A DNA stretch of 64,000 nucleotides, from NCBI RefSeq assembly GCF_009914755.1, contig NC_060931.1. The stretch is one strand, 5' to 3'. Of this stretch, positions 26,761 to 40,655 are shown piece after piece; within the stretch, counting starts at the first letter, position 1, and each line of letters starts with the position of its first letter. Both the position numbers and the translations under genes were made by a program. The notes under the pieces were generated by a model. It saw nothing but the letters and a program-made list of their open reading frames with translations. It had not been told where the DNA came from and searched no databases. This DNA comes from the human T2T-CHM13v2.0 reference genome, Homo sapiens.

Positions 26761-29689
26761 ACAAATAGTTTTTTGTTTTTTGTTTTTTTTTTCCGCCATG
26801 CCTCACTAGCCTAGTATCACAGTAGATGCTGTAAGGTTGGAGGTTGTTAGGAAGGCTATAGAGCCAAGTCTTAACTTTAGTGTCACAATACCTTTGTTAA
26901 ACAATGAAATTCAGTCTTTGGGGGCTAGTTGTCATGCTGGGTGCTGTGCCAGGCTAATTAATACTTTGGTACCTTGCCTTTAAAGTACTTACTGCTGCTG
27001 TCTCCCTCCCTCCCCTTTGGTATTCATTATTTATAGTATAAAACATTTGCTGCTTGCTGTTGTAAAGGTGGGGGATGGGGTGTAGTTACACATAGGTGCT
27101 CAGAGCAGGTTCAATGATTTAACCCTACATGAGGAAGTAAACTTAATCTACATAAAATATGGATTTGGGGGTGTGTGATCTCTGTGGTCAGTCTGGAGGA
27201 GTGTGCGTGAGGTGTGTCAGCCACTAAGCAAACAATGGAGTGCTGGCTCTGTGGACTCTTGGCTGAGTCAGCATTGTTTCCCATGGAATTTCTTTTTCTC
27301 TTAGCCCACAGGTGTATTTATGTGTCCTGGTATTTCTTCGTTTTTATTTTCCCCCAATTTGATTTCATAAATGATAGTGCAAAGTGTTGGCTATGGTTAA
27401 TTTCAGTAAATAAGGCCCAAATATGAGGTATCTGTTTCTCTCTTGAGTAAAAAATAAAGTCATGTTATGGGGAATAAAAGCAAAAGCATTTAATAAAAAA
27501 ATCCCTTTGTTCATTTTAGAAAATGGTACCTTTGTTAATTCCTTAAGAGACAATTTATTATATTCTGACACTATCTTTGAATAGTCAAAGAAGGCATGAT
27601 GTCTCAATTTAAATTTCTTCTTCCTGGCACAGCTTTTATTCTGCAAGGTTTGTGCTTTTAGGAAGAGGGTATTGTTTCTCATAGGAGAGTAGAGTGCCTA
27701 GTGGACAGAAAAAGGTAAAGATTGTCATTTCCTTGAACATAGATTGGTGTTTAATTTCTACTTAAGGGTGTCTTTTGAGAAGAACAGAGCCCACTCTGTT
27801 TAGCAGCTTGCTTTTTGCTAATCATGTGGTGCATGGTGTGTTTTCATCTAGTCCGTTCCATTAAGTCTTATTTATGCTTTGGGGATATGGATAATTGGCT
27901 ACGGCTCAGGTGAGGTGCATAGGTGATGTGTCATTTCTCTCCTGAGGGGATAGAGATGACAGGCTTCTTTTAGATAATCACTGTCAGTGGCTGGGACCCA
28001 GGAACCTTTGGTATTCACCTGTTTAGTCAGTGGGGGGCAAATTTGATGCAAGAGCAGAGAGGGAACTGTTTTTAAACTATGTATATAGTCACTATGTGAT
28101 TAACTCTTTGGTGGCCCTTTAAGTACAGGATAAATTTGCATTAGAACTTAGTGTCTCAGAGTCTTCGATTACATGAAGTCTGAAAAAGTGATGACCAATT
28201 GTCAATATTTTGGACATATTCCATGAGTGCCCCCTCAGACCATTGGTAGAGATAGGTTTGCAGGTGGTGACCCTGGTGAAATCCTCCTCTGAGAAGGGAG
28301 TGTTCAAGGGCATACGTTGGCATCATTTAAGTAGCAGAAGAGAGCACCCCATTGAGATGGTTTAAAAATGAGATGCTAACTTTCAAAGTTTTTTAAATTT
28401 TATTTTTTACAATGCCTGTGATGCTACTACATTGTATAAACAGTATGTAGTGTTAAGGATGTGCCTCGCATGTAAGCCACCACTAGCATCCTTAGTGTGG
28501 GGGTACTGTTCCTTTTCTACCCAAATCCCTGCAAGATGTTCTGAGATTTTGGTGCCAAGGAGTCTCCCAACATTCAACATTGTTAAAACACACTTCCTTA
28601 TCTTCTTTGAGGTTTTTTAATAGCAAATCCCAAGCCACTCACCTTTTTCTCATAGTATTAATGTTCTAAGAGTGGCTATACATTATGTTAAAGTCAGCGT
28701 AGTTCTCCACGGGAAGGCTGTTTTTTAAATGAGACTTATTCAACCTCTTTTTAGCTGGTGTTTCATTACCACCGAGGATTTATAATGCAATAGCTCTGAG
28801 GCAAAGCTGGTAAGAATGCCAGCTTCGCTAATATTTAGAGTCATAAAATTCTGGATATTGGACAAGCTCTTAATTACTCTGAATCCGTCTTTGTCTTAAT
28901 AAAAGTTGGATTGTACCCACTAAAACAAGATGGCTGTGTTTGCATTAATCTCCAAATGTAGGTTAATACCTTTTTAAAAGCTGTCTCCTAGACAAGAGAC
29001 TTGAAAATTAATTTCCCATTTTCAGCTTAAAACGAAGAGCTCTTCCACGTGTGGAGATTGAAGGGCTGCCATTTTTCTGATGCTGTAGATTCAAGTGCCA
29101 ATAATAACTCTTTGTTCCTCTTTAGTTTTTTTTTTTTTTTTTAATGTCTTAGGTAAAGAAGTCTTTCTTTTCTGGTGCTTGGGGACTTGTATTTTTTAAA
29201 AATCTGCTTCAAAGTAAATAGATGAAATTTCATTTTCTCAGTGGAGTTTGGATCACTGGGATTGAGGGGGATGAGGAAGGGCTAGATAGATAGTATGAAA
29301 CCTATTGGATTCATACTATGGCTGCAGAAGTCTGGGCTTTACACATTAGGTTGCTACCAAGCTGGATATTTTGAAATATATATATGTATATGCCTGTAAT
29401 GTTTTAGCATTTGCTTGTTGGGTTTTTTTTTTCCCCATAATGGTAGGTTCTTAACTGACTTTTTCAAATGCAAGGTAAAACTTTCTTTTCCTTTTCTTGT
29501 CTCCAGAGTACTGATGTGTAACCACTTAGTACCACTAATGCCAGGATTCATTTCTGTGCTACAGATGGTCAGTGAGATTATAAAAGCTCTGAAAAGGTTT
29601 TTATATAATTTGAGGTCTTCTCAGTTGAGAGTTTGTGTCTGACATATTAATTCCTTCCCATCCACCCCCTGCCCCATTCTCAATGTAAA

Positions 29690-29810
29690 CCATATGGGAC
29701 ATGTATTAAAAAACAAATTTCAGACATTTTCTGGAGATTTTAATTCAGTAGTTCTGGAATAGGTTGCAGGAATCTGACTCTTAACGATCAAGCACATTTG
29801 ATATTCAGAC
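29690..29810. mobile_element. MER5-like fragment
   Basis: 'ggagattttaattcagtagttctggaataggttgcaggaatctg'. Confidence 0.45.
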
Positions 29811-29999
29811 AACTCTATTGCATCCTCCAGAAGCTCCAGGATTCTGTATATAATTTGTAGGATATACTTGCCTCTTCTATGTCAAGTCTCTTACCCAGTC
29901 TGATTATGTGAGATGTCTTAAACAGAGCGTTTTTTCATAAACCTTTATGTAGGATAATACTACTCCTAAAACACTTTATTACATAGTTTTTGGATTGGT

Positions 30000-30250
30000 A
30001 ATGGCAAAAGAATGAGAAAGCACCTGAGGAGGCACCATTGTGAGTGATGAAACTGGGGTATCAGACCTGGTTATGAAAGGAGATGATAACCCTTGTACTG
30101 TTTTCAGACAGTTGCAGAGTTATCCTATGAAGGAGGAACCATAATTCTGGTGGCCCTGCAGAGCAGACCGGGGACTGATGAATGGATGCTGTGGGGGCTG
30201 AACATAAAGAGAACAGGTTTAACAGAAGGGACCAACATCCTTTGAGAGAT
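30000..30250 (+). mobile_element. L3/CR1 fragment
   Basis: 'ctgttttcagacagttgcagagttatcctatgaaggagga...ggccctgcagagcagaccgggg..gaatggatg'. Confidence 0.45.
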
Positions 30251-30739
30251 ACTACTTTTTACCTTCTAATTATTTAACCCATGAAACTATTATTTTCTCC
30301 CAAAGACACCTGTTTTTAGACTATCAGTTAATAAAAAGAATGGGGCTACTTAGGTGGAAGCTGGCTGAGGGGCACAAACAGATTAAGCCCCTTTTCTCCC
30401 CAGAGCTAGCAAGCAGTACCCTTAGCCAGAAGCCTTGGGCTCCATAGAAGTGGCCACAAACACAACTAGAGTATGGTGAGTTCTGTTCAGTGGAGGTGGC
30501 CGCACAGCCCCCTGACAAGGAGTCTTGTGAGCTCCGTAAGGGCTGGCCCTTATCTGATTTGCTGCTGTAGACAGCCAGTGCAGGGGACTAGCACAGAGGG
30601 CAGAGCTTAGTGAAATGTCTGTCAATGAAAGCTGTGGAGGACATTTGTATCTCACATTCAGTGCTGAATGAGATTTAAAAGTCCTTTCTAACATAAAAAG
30701 TCTGTGATCTCTGCTTCCAAGATTAATTCTTAGGTCTCA

Positions 30740-30875
30740 GTATGGATGGCCCAAGGATATAAGCTTTGTGTCTGCAGGGACTTTGTTTCCTATAGTGCTG
30801 GATTTCCAGTACGTAGACTAGCACCTGACATTAGTGGGCACTCAGTGAATATTTGTTGAATACATGCATTTGTTG
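30740..30875 (+). mobile_element. L2 3' end
   Basis: 'cacctgacattagtgggcactcagtgaatatttgttgaat'. Confidence 0.7.
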
Positions 30876-32037
30876 AAAAAAGTGAAAATTGTTTAAAGTG
30901 GTACTTTGTGAACCTTTTTTTCTCTTTTTTCTGTCATCCTGGAGACTTCTCATTTAACCCCCAGTCTGTCTCGTGATCCATGCCCCATCCTTCCTTCATG
31001 CCTCACACCACCTCCTTCTCAATCTATACTTGGCAAAGAGGAATAAAGACGCTAAGGATATTGTGGTAAACCAAAGTCATCTCAGAAACACAGTGAAATT
31101 CCCTAGGCATCTGAATTGGGAAACCTATTGGCTGATTTGCTTTGACTTGGGTATTTCCTGTGATTTTCAGCCGGGATGTGCTCCTGTGCTCAGAAGTGAG
31201 GATCTGTTGTAGGTTTATGGCCTAGATTAATTGGGATATTTTGTGAAGTCTCTGAAGTGTTATCACTTCATCTTTATCCTTGCCTGCTATTCCTCATGAA
31301 AAGCATTTGAATTATTTTAGAGAAGATATAAATTTGCTTGTGTTATCCAGTGTCAGCTTAAAGCTGATTAGCATTTTGCATCACCTTTGCAACTCATAAA
31401 TCATCCACTTACCCTCTCAGTAAGCAGGCTGTAAGTCAGCATGGAAGCACCTGCTGCAGCTTCTTGTCCTGTGATTTAGAGGACACTCCAGATTCTCTGC
31501 AGACCCTTCTGTGGTGTTATTCTCTGGTAAGGCTTCACCTATATGGGAAATGAGTAAAGACTTTTGGTGACTTTTTTTTCCCTAGGGAGTTCTTAAGGGT
31601 TACCCTGGACGAGAGACTTCTCAGAAATATAGTCTTTAATAAACCTGGTCCAGGCACAGGTTTGGTTCATTTGGCATATTTGTTGTTTTAAAAATTTTGG
31701 AGGTACTTTTCAACATTTAAAGTCCAGGACATTTCACATTTAAAAAAATCCAGATTTAGGGTTATTCCGGGAAAATCAGAACACCTGGCAGTGTCAGGCC
31801 ATGCTGCATGCCTGGCTTCATTTGTTATTGAGAGCAGGAGTGCTCTAGGAAAGGGGTACAGATTTTCCATTTTGCTGTAGACTCTACCCCTCTCAGTTTT
31901 TCCATGGGAGTCAACTTTACTCAAAGTCCTGCACTGTAGATGCTTGAATTGGTGACATCCTTCTATGTTGTGCGAGTGTATAGATTGTTTTTTTTGTTTC
32001 TTTTTTGAGTAATATCAACCATTTAACTCAATTGAAT

Positions 32038-32215
32038 AATAACAAGAGGCTAACATTTATCAAATGCTATTAATGTACCAAGTACTGTGCTAAGTGCTTG
32101 TAATATGTTTGTTTATATATTCTTTACAATTATCCTAATTGTATAGATGAGGAAGAAATTGAGGCAAAGAGAGGTTAGATAACTTGCTCAAGGCCACCTA
32201 GCTAGTAAAAGTCGG
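32038..32215 (-). mobile_element. MIR
   Basis: 'ctaacatttat..actgtgctaagtgct', 'tagatgaggaagaaattgaggcaaagagaggttagataacttgctcaagg'. Confidence 0.8.
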
Positions 32216-33089
32216 GCAGAGTCACTGTGGTGTCCTCAGAAGCAAGTCCCTGCTTGGGCTAGCATTTTTGCCTAGTCCGGGTTATCTCCAGAACCTGGTC
32301 TGCTCCTCATTCCCATATCCCATTAGGAACAGTGGGCATCAGTTGCAAAAGTAGATGACAGTAACACACTCCCTAAGTCCCCAGTCTGCTCCTGGGAGGA
32401 GCAGCCTGCCTTGTTCATGGCAGTCATAGCCACAGGGGGATGTTTGAAAGACAGCCCCTTATACAGTGTCTATTGATTTTCTTCACCCTCTTGTTTTGCT
32501 CATCCATCCTGTTGTTCTAGGATGCTTATTTGTCATGCATAAAAGCCTTGTTACAGTGAACCCAAACAAGTCATTGACATTTAAAATTAAATTGCAACAG
32601 GTATTGTCAATAGCTAAACTGCTCATTGACAGTGCATTGCTAATTGCATTGAGAGAACATCCTAACTGGGTATATTCTGCCAAATCAAATCGGAAACATT
32701 GGCTGTCTACCAGCAAATTCATTTTGACTTGCACAGAGTTTGGGGATCCACAGATCCCTCACCAATCTCAAAATACTGTGTTTATGGAAACGCTAATTAT
32801 TATTTTTTTTTTTGCTGAGGTTCTTTGCAGAGAAGGGGAATTCTGATCATCTTCACTGACTGCTAAGCCAGGAGTCAGAAACTGTGCCTTTGGAAGGGAG
32901 AGAACTACAGATTTGGGGTGGAGTAAAGTTCAATGCAAGGGGGTCATTTGGGGAGGTGGGCCATCAGGTTCTTTATCTGTAAATCTAAGCCATATCCTTG
33001 GATCCATTTTTTTTTTCCTTCTCTCCTTTTTCATCCCCTTCTCTCTCTTCTATAGGTACATGGGAGGGGGACAAGGGTGGAGACACTTA

Positions 33090-33235
33090 ATTTTTATTAA
33101 GCACTGTTCGTGGTATTTTATGTGAATTAATTTGTTTACTTCCCACAATGACCCTGGGGAGCAGATATGCTATCAGGTAAAAAAACTAAGGCACAGAGAG
33201 GGTAAAACTCTTCGAAAGAGTCTTGTGGTTAGTCA
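33090..33235 (-). mobile_element. MIR fragment
   Basis: 'cccacaatgaccctg', 'aaaactaaggcacagagagggtaa'. Confidence 0.6.
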
Positions 33236-35288
33236 GCTTCTGTGAGAGTGAGAGTGGGCTGCCCTGAGGCCATCTGTTCCCTCTCCCCAGCTGATATTTT
33301 TGTGCTCTCAGGGTAAACATTTAAGCCTGTGAGTTAAACTCAGCCTTGGACTAGCTGAGTTCCTCTGGAGGCCTTGCAAGTAGCAGTTTGGTTGGCAGGG
33401 CAATTAAGTATGCTAGGTGCACTGTGCTGAACCCCAGGAGGGAGGGAAGGAATGGAATCTAGTCTTTGCTTGCGTTATACATGCTTATTGGTTTGTGGCA
33501 GGCGTGATTGATGCCAGAATCAAAATGACTTAAAGCAGCTTCCCTTGAGAAGCACTACTCTAACGGTTTTTTTTCCTCTTTGTTGCCCTAGGTCCCTTGT
33601 GAATAGGATTTAGCTCTGATTCAGCTGCTGCTGTTCTTTTGGTAATCAGTGTGGAGGAAGGAGATGAGGGCTGCTATTAATGGCTTCTTATTTTGCATTC
33701 TCCTAATCAGATATCCTGCAGTTATTAGTGTGAATGCAAGATGTTCGGTGGTGTCCCTGGGTGGTTTTCTTAGGTGTACTGGACTGTTAGCTTTCTAAGA
33801 TGGAATGTTTTATTAGGTTCTGGCCTAGGGGGTTGGTTAGATGGGTGGAGGTTGTTAAAAAGCACTAAAGAAAAGGAATAGGATATAAAACCAATCTTCA
33901 GGGGGTGGGAATAACAACCCACCACCTTCACTTCCCTCCCCTCCTGCCCTGAAAACCTTATCTTGCTAATACCCTTCAGATATTAAAAGTGAAATAACAG
34001 AGCTATTTACTAGGCAGCTAAATGCAAATTCTCTCCCCCATTAGTTTTAATTAGGATGAAATCATACATTTAAATAACCACTTCTATTACTAATAACTGA
34101 ACTTCTGATTCACTCTGAACCCAGGCAAATGCCTCTTCTGGTATGAATGGCCCACCTCTGAGTCATTCCGCACCTGCATATTGACACAGCCAGGCTCCTG
34201 ATGTGGGTACACACATCTGGGATTTAAGGGCATGACTGGCATGTTGAATCTTGGGTATAAAGCTTTCTGCACTATACCCTGGGGACAAACAGGATAGCTC
34301 AACTGGAGAATAAAGAGCTTGCAAGCTCAAAAGAAAACAACAACCAAAAATACCTCAACCAAATTCTGCTCTTGCTTCTATCCTACTGTTTCTTTAGGTG
34401 TTTAAAGGGCTGTAGTTTTAAAAATCTCCCACCCACCTCATCTTTTTAAGTAAATGTCACAACAGTACTATGTCAATACAGTTGAAAATAAGTATTTGAG
34501 TTGAAAGAATTGGCTCTTTGAGGCTTTAACTATCAGATTTGTGCTAATTCTTTACTGTTTCCTTGACATAGTATATGCAGTCTGTGCTAAGAGAGTATGG
34601 ATGTTGTCGTCGGTGTATAGAATGGTGGCTGTTGTAAACTTCTGTATGTTGGGGAAGGATTGAACCTGCTGTCTGGAGAATTAGAAACCAGCAGCTTGAC
34701 TTAAATCCCTCAGTGTCACAACCAGCTAATGAAGGAGAGGACTGCTAAACTCCCAGTGGTCTTTGTGGCTACGAGGACTTACTCAAGTTTGAGACTATCT
34801 TTAGTGGGCCAATGACGTAGGAACACAATCAGCAGAGGACATGTAGTTTACAGCAGCCTGTAATGTGCCAGAGACATGACTAGCTGCCTCTTTGGCCCTG
34901 GGGAAGTGTGTCTGGCCCTGCTTGCATCCTCTGTGAGTGGGAATTGTGCCAGACACCAGCTAGACATGACCAGCTGCTTCTTCGATGTTCTGTGGACATG
35001 ATTGGCTGTAGCTTTTGATCAGGACAGTGTTCCTAATGAAGTGTGACCAGCGTCATTTAGACAGGAAAGAATGACAGCTGATGTGCAAGAATTTTTCTTG
35101 ATTGGCAGCATTTGGAACTAGTAACCAGAGAAGGTAGGTGGGGGGAGGAGAAGCCAGCTCTGATTGACAAGAGCTTATCTTTATTTAATCTACTTCTGAG
35201 GCACTGAAGTTGAAATCTTAGGCAAGTGAAAGAAAGGAAGACACAATTGTGAAACATAATTAAAGATTCTTGACAAAAACATACTTAA

Positions 35289-35598
<310 letters not shown>

Positions 35599-36153
35599 AG
35601 AAATGTCTTTCAATAGGAGAGCAATGCAGAGTTTAGGTGTGAGGTTATCACTGCTCCTTCGGCTATGAGAAAGAGCTTTTGCCCAGGGATTGTTAATTTT
35701 TAGGCAAAATTTAAAGTGGCGATGGGCTTGGATAGTTCTAGCAATAAAAAAAGTTCTGCTTCTAGTTACCATCTTGTTGACTTTCCAACCTACTTGGAAA
35801 GATTTCCTTTGGAGAGGCCAAAAACAAGTGCTGTGTATGGAGTGTGGCCTGTGGTGGTAATTTCTCATCAACTCTTGATCCACTGAGGATTTAAATCTTA
35901 AGTCTTCATGTGCTTTGAGAAAAGATGACAAGCGGAAATAGTATGTTTGTTTCCTAAGGACACACATGTGATTTCTGAGAGCTGATTGTATGCAATGTGG
36001 TGGTATTCTTTTGCAAATAGGCTTGGGAACTTGGCATCCTGGATTCGAATCTGGGCACCACCATTTTCCAGCTCATTCCTTCTTATTCAACTCCACCCCA
36101 CCTCGAACCCCGATTTGGTTTTAAAGATTCACATACTATTGTTTTAGTAATTA

Positions 36154-36504
<351 letters not shown>

Positions 36505-36586
36505 CTAACCACCTTGGATAATACAAGTGACTACCCTATATCTGATCATACTGCCACCCCAACCTAAATCCAGTATTTGTTTTGCC

Positions 36587-36879
36587 TTTTTTTTTTTTGA
36601 GACAGGGCCTCCCTCTGTCACTCAGGTTGAAGTTCAGTGGTGCGATATTGGCTCACTGCAGCCTCAACTTCACAGGCTTAAGTGATCCTCCCCACTTAGC
36701 CTCCTAAGTATTAGGCATGAAGCACCACGCTTGGCTAATTTAAAAAATTTCTATTTTTGTAGAGACAGGGTCTCCCTATGTTGCCCAGGCTGGTGTTGAA
36801 TTCCTGGGCTAAAGTGATCCTTTCCACCTCAGCCTCTGAAAGTGCTGGGATTATAGGCATAAGCCACTGGTGCCCAGCC
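36587..36879 (-). mobile_element. AluJ
   Basis: 'ctcactgcagcctcaac', both arms; TSD tttt(g/a)ccttttt. Confidence 0.93.
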
Positions 36880-37384
36880 TATTTTACCTTTTTTTTTTTT
36901 TTTTTTTGAGGGGGGAGGGCAGATGGTCTTTTAGATTTACCTATGTATTTGACAATTTGTTTGTTCATATTTCTTTCTTGTGTCTCAGACCTTCCTTCAG
37001 GTTTGACTTTTCTTTAGAATTTCCTTGAGCGAGTGCCTATTGGTAGTAAATGCTCTTTTTTGTTTATCATAGATGTCTTTCTTTTGCCCTTCATCTCAAA
37101 AGGTAGTTAGCTGGATACACAGTTCTAGGGGGAAAGATTTTCTTCTCTTTGAGTCTTGTAGGTTTGTTGTGAAGATTACCTGGGTTCATATCTAAAGCCC
37201 TTAGCACTATGCTTGGCATGTTTGCTCTGTAAATAACAGTGGCTGTTACATTCTCAGAAAAATACTGGAACAGTTGGAGGCAATGCAGGCTTGGTTGGGA
37301 TGTCCATACTTTGACTAACTTTTTACATTATTTTCTTAAAACTTTGATTTCATTGAGATTGGGGTGGGAGTACATTTAAGCATC

Positions 37385-37600
37385 AAAACTAACTTTGAAG
37401 ATAGATTTGATTGAACTGTGAGTTCTATCACTCGCTAGTTGTATATACCTTTGGTAGATTATCTTACCTGTCCTAAGAATCAGTTTCTTCATCTATACAG
37501 TGATCATTGTAATACTTCCTATTTCTCTGAGTTGCTGGGAAGGTTGCATGAGAACACATTTAAAGCTCTTCTCCAAGCCTCACATAGTAGGTGGCTAGTT
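37385..37600 (+). mobile_element. MIR (degenerate)
   Basis: 'tcagtttcttcatctata', 'gttgctgggaaggttgcatgagaa'. Confidence 0.55.
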
Positions 37601-37919
37601 GTGGTAATTATTTGTTGCCTGTAAACCACTTTTATGACTTTTATGTAGAGATGTTACCAACTTGTCTTTTTTATTGTTGTTGTTCTAGCTATTCTGTTTT
37701 TATTTGCTCTTCCCCAGATCCACAGAAAAGATGGGGTATCTCCTGCACAATTAACTTTCTACTCTACTGATGGGGAAGGCCTTCTGCAGAGTTGGTGGCT
37801 CTTGCTTGGAGGCAACACTTTGATGCTTGTCTTTAGGTGGGAAAGTAGCTTTCCAGGCCCAGTACTTTGCTACTTGTAAGACTCTCACTTACCTGAAAAT
37901 TGTTTGCTCTGGTTTTTCT

Positions 37920-38095
37920 TGTGACTTTGGGCAAGTTACCTAACCTCTCAGTGCCTCAGTTTCCTCATCTGTAATATGGGAATAATAATAGTTCCTTCCT
38001 CACAGGGTTGTTGTAAAGACTAGATGGGTTGACACACATGAAGACCTGAGAGCATGCATGACACAGAGGATGTGCTTAGTACTTTAGCGTTCATC
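37920..38095 (+). mobile_element. MIR
   Basis: Near-consensus core 'tgtgactttgggcaagttacctaacctctcagtgcctcagtttcctcatctgtaatatgggaataata'. Confidence 0.9.
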
Positions 38096-38263
38096 AGTGT
38101 TGTCAGTAGCCAGGGCTTCCTTCTGTACCATATTGTTGACTTTCAGAATAAAAAATACATTGTTTGCTATGACTTTGTCCCAGGGCGTGTGTATTAAGCT
38201 TCCACATATAATTTATATCACTTATTCCTTAATAACATTGTCATGGGTTAGATGGGACATGTA

Positions 38264-39140
38264 TTTTTTTCAACTTTATTTTTTACATACAATAAAGTGC
38301 ATCGATTTTTAAGTGTACAGTTTTATGACTTTGAGCTACAGTCACCACTGCTATCAAGATATAGGATATTTCTGTCACCGTAAAAATTCCCTTATCTCTT
38401 TCCCAGTCAGTCTGTCATTCTTACATTTGGCCCCAGGCAACCACTGATCTGCTTCCTGTCATTATAGAGTTTTCTTATTTAGAGTTTTATATAAATGGAA
38501 TTACATTTTACACACTCTCTTATGTCTGGCCTATTCACTCAGCATAATTATTTTAAATTTTATCTACCTACCTGCATAGTACCTATATTTTGAGATAGGA
38601 TCTTGCTCTGTCACCCAAGCTGGAGTACAGTAGAACGATCATAGCTCACTATAACTTGGAACTCCTGGGCTCAAGCAACTTCTCCCATCTCAGCCTCCTG
38701 AGTAGCTGGGACTGTAGGCATGTGCCACCTTGCTAGGCTAATTAACATTTTTTTTTTTGGTAGAGACTGGGTGTAGCTGTGTTTCTCAGGCTGGTTTTGA
38801 ACTCCTAGTGTTAATTGAGGCCTCAGCCTCTCAAAGTACTGGGATTATAGGCATGAACCACCACGCCTGGCCAGCGTAATTATTCTGAGGTTCATTCATG
38901 TTGGCATGTATCAGGAGGCTGGTCATTTTTCTTGCTCTGTGGTATTCCACTGTTGAATGTACTACAGTGTGTTTAGCCGTTCTGCTGGCGATGGCTTTTG
39001 GGTTGTTTCCAATTTGGGGCTGCTATAAGTGAGCTGCTATGAACATTTATGTACAAATCTTTGTGCAGCTATGTTTTCATCTATTTTGAGTAAATATCTA
39101 GGAGTAGAACTTCTGCATCTTAAGGAATATGTATTTTTAA
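38264..39140 (-). mobile_element. L1M (L1MB/L1ME-like) 3' end, interrupted by an AluJ
   Basis: 'ccccaggcaaccactgatctgctt', 'ttatataaatggaat', 'gctgctatgaacatttatgtacaa'. Confidence 0.8.
38588..38872 (-). mobile_element. AluJ with a degenerate tail
   Basis: 'gatcatagctcact', both arms; TSD cagc(a/g)taattatt. Confidence 0.93.
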
Positions 39141-39326
39141 CCCCCTTTTACTGATCAGGAGGAACTTAGAGGGTTGGAACTGACCAAGGTCTCACAGCCA
39201 GAAAGGTGTCAAGCATGGACCAACATTTGATACTCCTTTTCTGTTTCCTCTTCAGGAGTCATTCTATTAGACCAGTGATTTCACACTTTTAGAGCACCAA
39301 GACTCTTTTTAAAATAAAATACTGTA

Positions 39327-39620
<294 letters not shown>

Positions 39621-40655
39621 TAAAATATTGCTTAGAATTTCTATAAACAAGCTACACAAAAGCACTGTAAACAGGCTCCTTAGAAAGTTCAGTCACTTTT
39701 TTGCTGTTATCCTGTTGTGCACCCAAGTGCTTCTCAAGGAATGTCTTTTTTGCAAAGTGCTGCAGTCCATTTGGCTGCTTCTTGAGAGGAGAGTCGTGGA
39801 CCCCCTGAGGCCTAGTTCTTAAACATCTCTTCTTAGTCCCCATTGCATTAGTTGTTTCAGAACAGGTCATTGAGCATTTCGCCTTTGCATTTTGGTGGTT
39901 CAGAGAGTAAGAAACTCTTTCTCCGGCTGACCAAAAAACCACCTCTCCCTACGCCTCGTGTATAGATTGGGCTGTACAACTGGTGAGAATAGTAACATCA
40001 CCATCCCTGTTGCTATAAATCACTGCTGGTGATATAGCTCCTTGATCCAAAGGGTACTTCGGGGGATGTAGGGCCAGATAGGTACATTCAAACTCAGACT
40101 ATTTACCTTTGTCACCTGGTAATATTTACAGATGGAGCAGATGCCAGTATGTTCCATTGCCCTATTCTGGAGTAGTGATTCTCATTTTATGTTATCAGAG
40201 CCTAGCTTATGAAATTTGAAATGCACTTTTGCCTCCTTTGCACTGTTACCACTGCATCAGAGCATTTTAATCAGCTTGCTTTCGTTGAAGTGTACAATTT
40301 TTCTTCTCATTACGTCTGCAAGCTCTCAAGTTTACAGACATGATCTCCTTGGCTAGACTAATATTACTTGGCCATTCTTGCATGCAAATTTAAAATTTAA
40401 TATCTTGCTGCAGGTCTGTTGAGTTTTATGCAAATTCCAATATAGATTATATTTTGGAGCTGTAAATTAGAAATTACATTTGGGGGAAGTAATATTTGTG
40501 TGGGTTTAAAAAAAGTAATCTTGCAGTTTGTATGGTACATGGCATTTCTTCTGAAGAAACGGGATTTTGAGTATTCTGTGTGGGTTTAGTAGATGTCTTG
40601 CCAATTGTGTTACTGATAATGAAAATACAAAAACAATGCCAGTATGTACATTAAA

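Noticed and set aside
32466-32846. Overlapping ORFs on both strands across the TGACA-rich block
   Set aside because: No recognisable protein; better explained as non-coding regulatory sequence.
34836-35003. Four RGACATG motifs resembling p53/p63 half-sites
   Set aside because: None completes RRRCWWGYYY or forms an adjacent pair; two appear to come from a short degenerate duplication.
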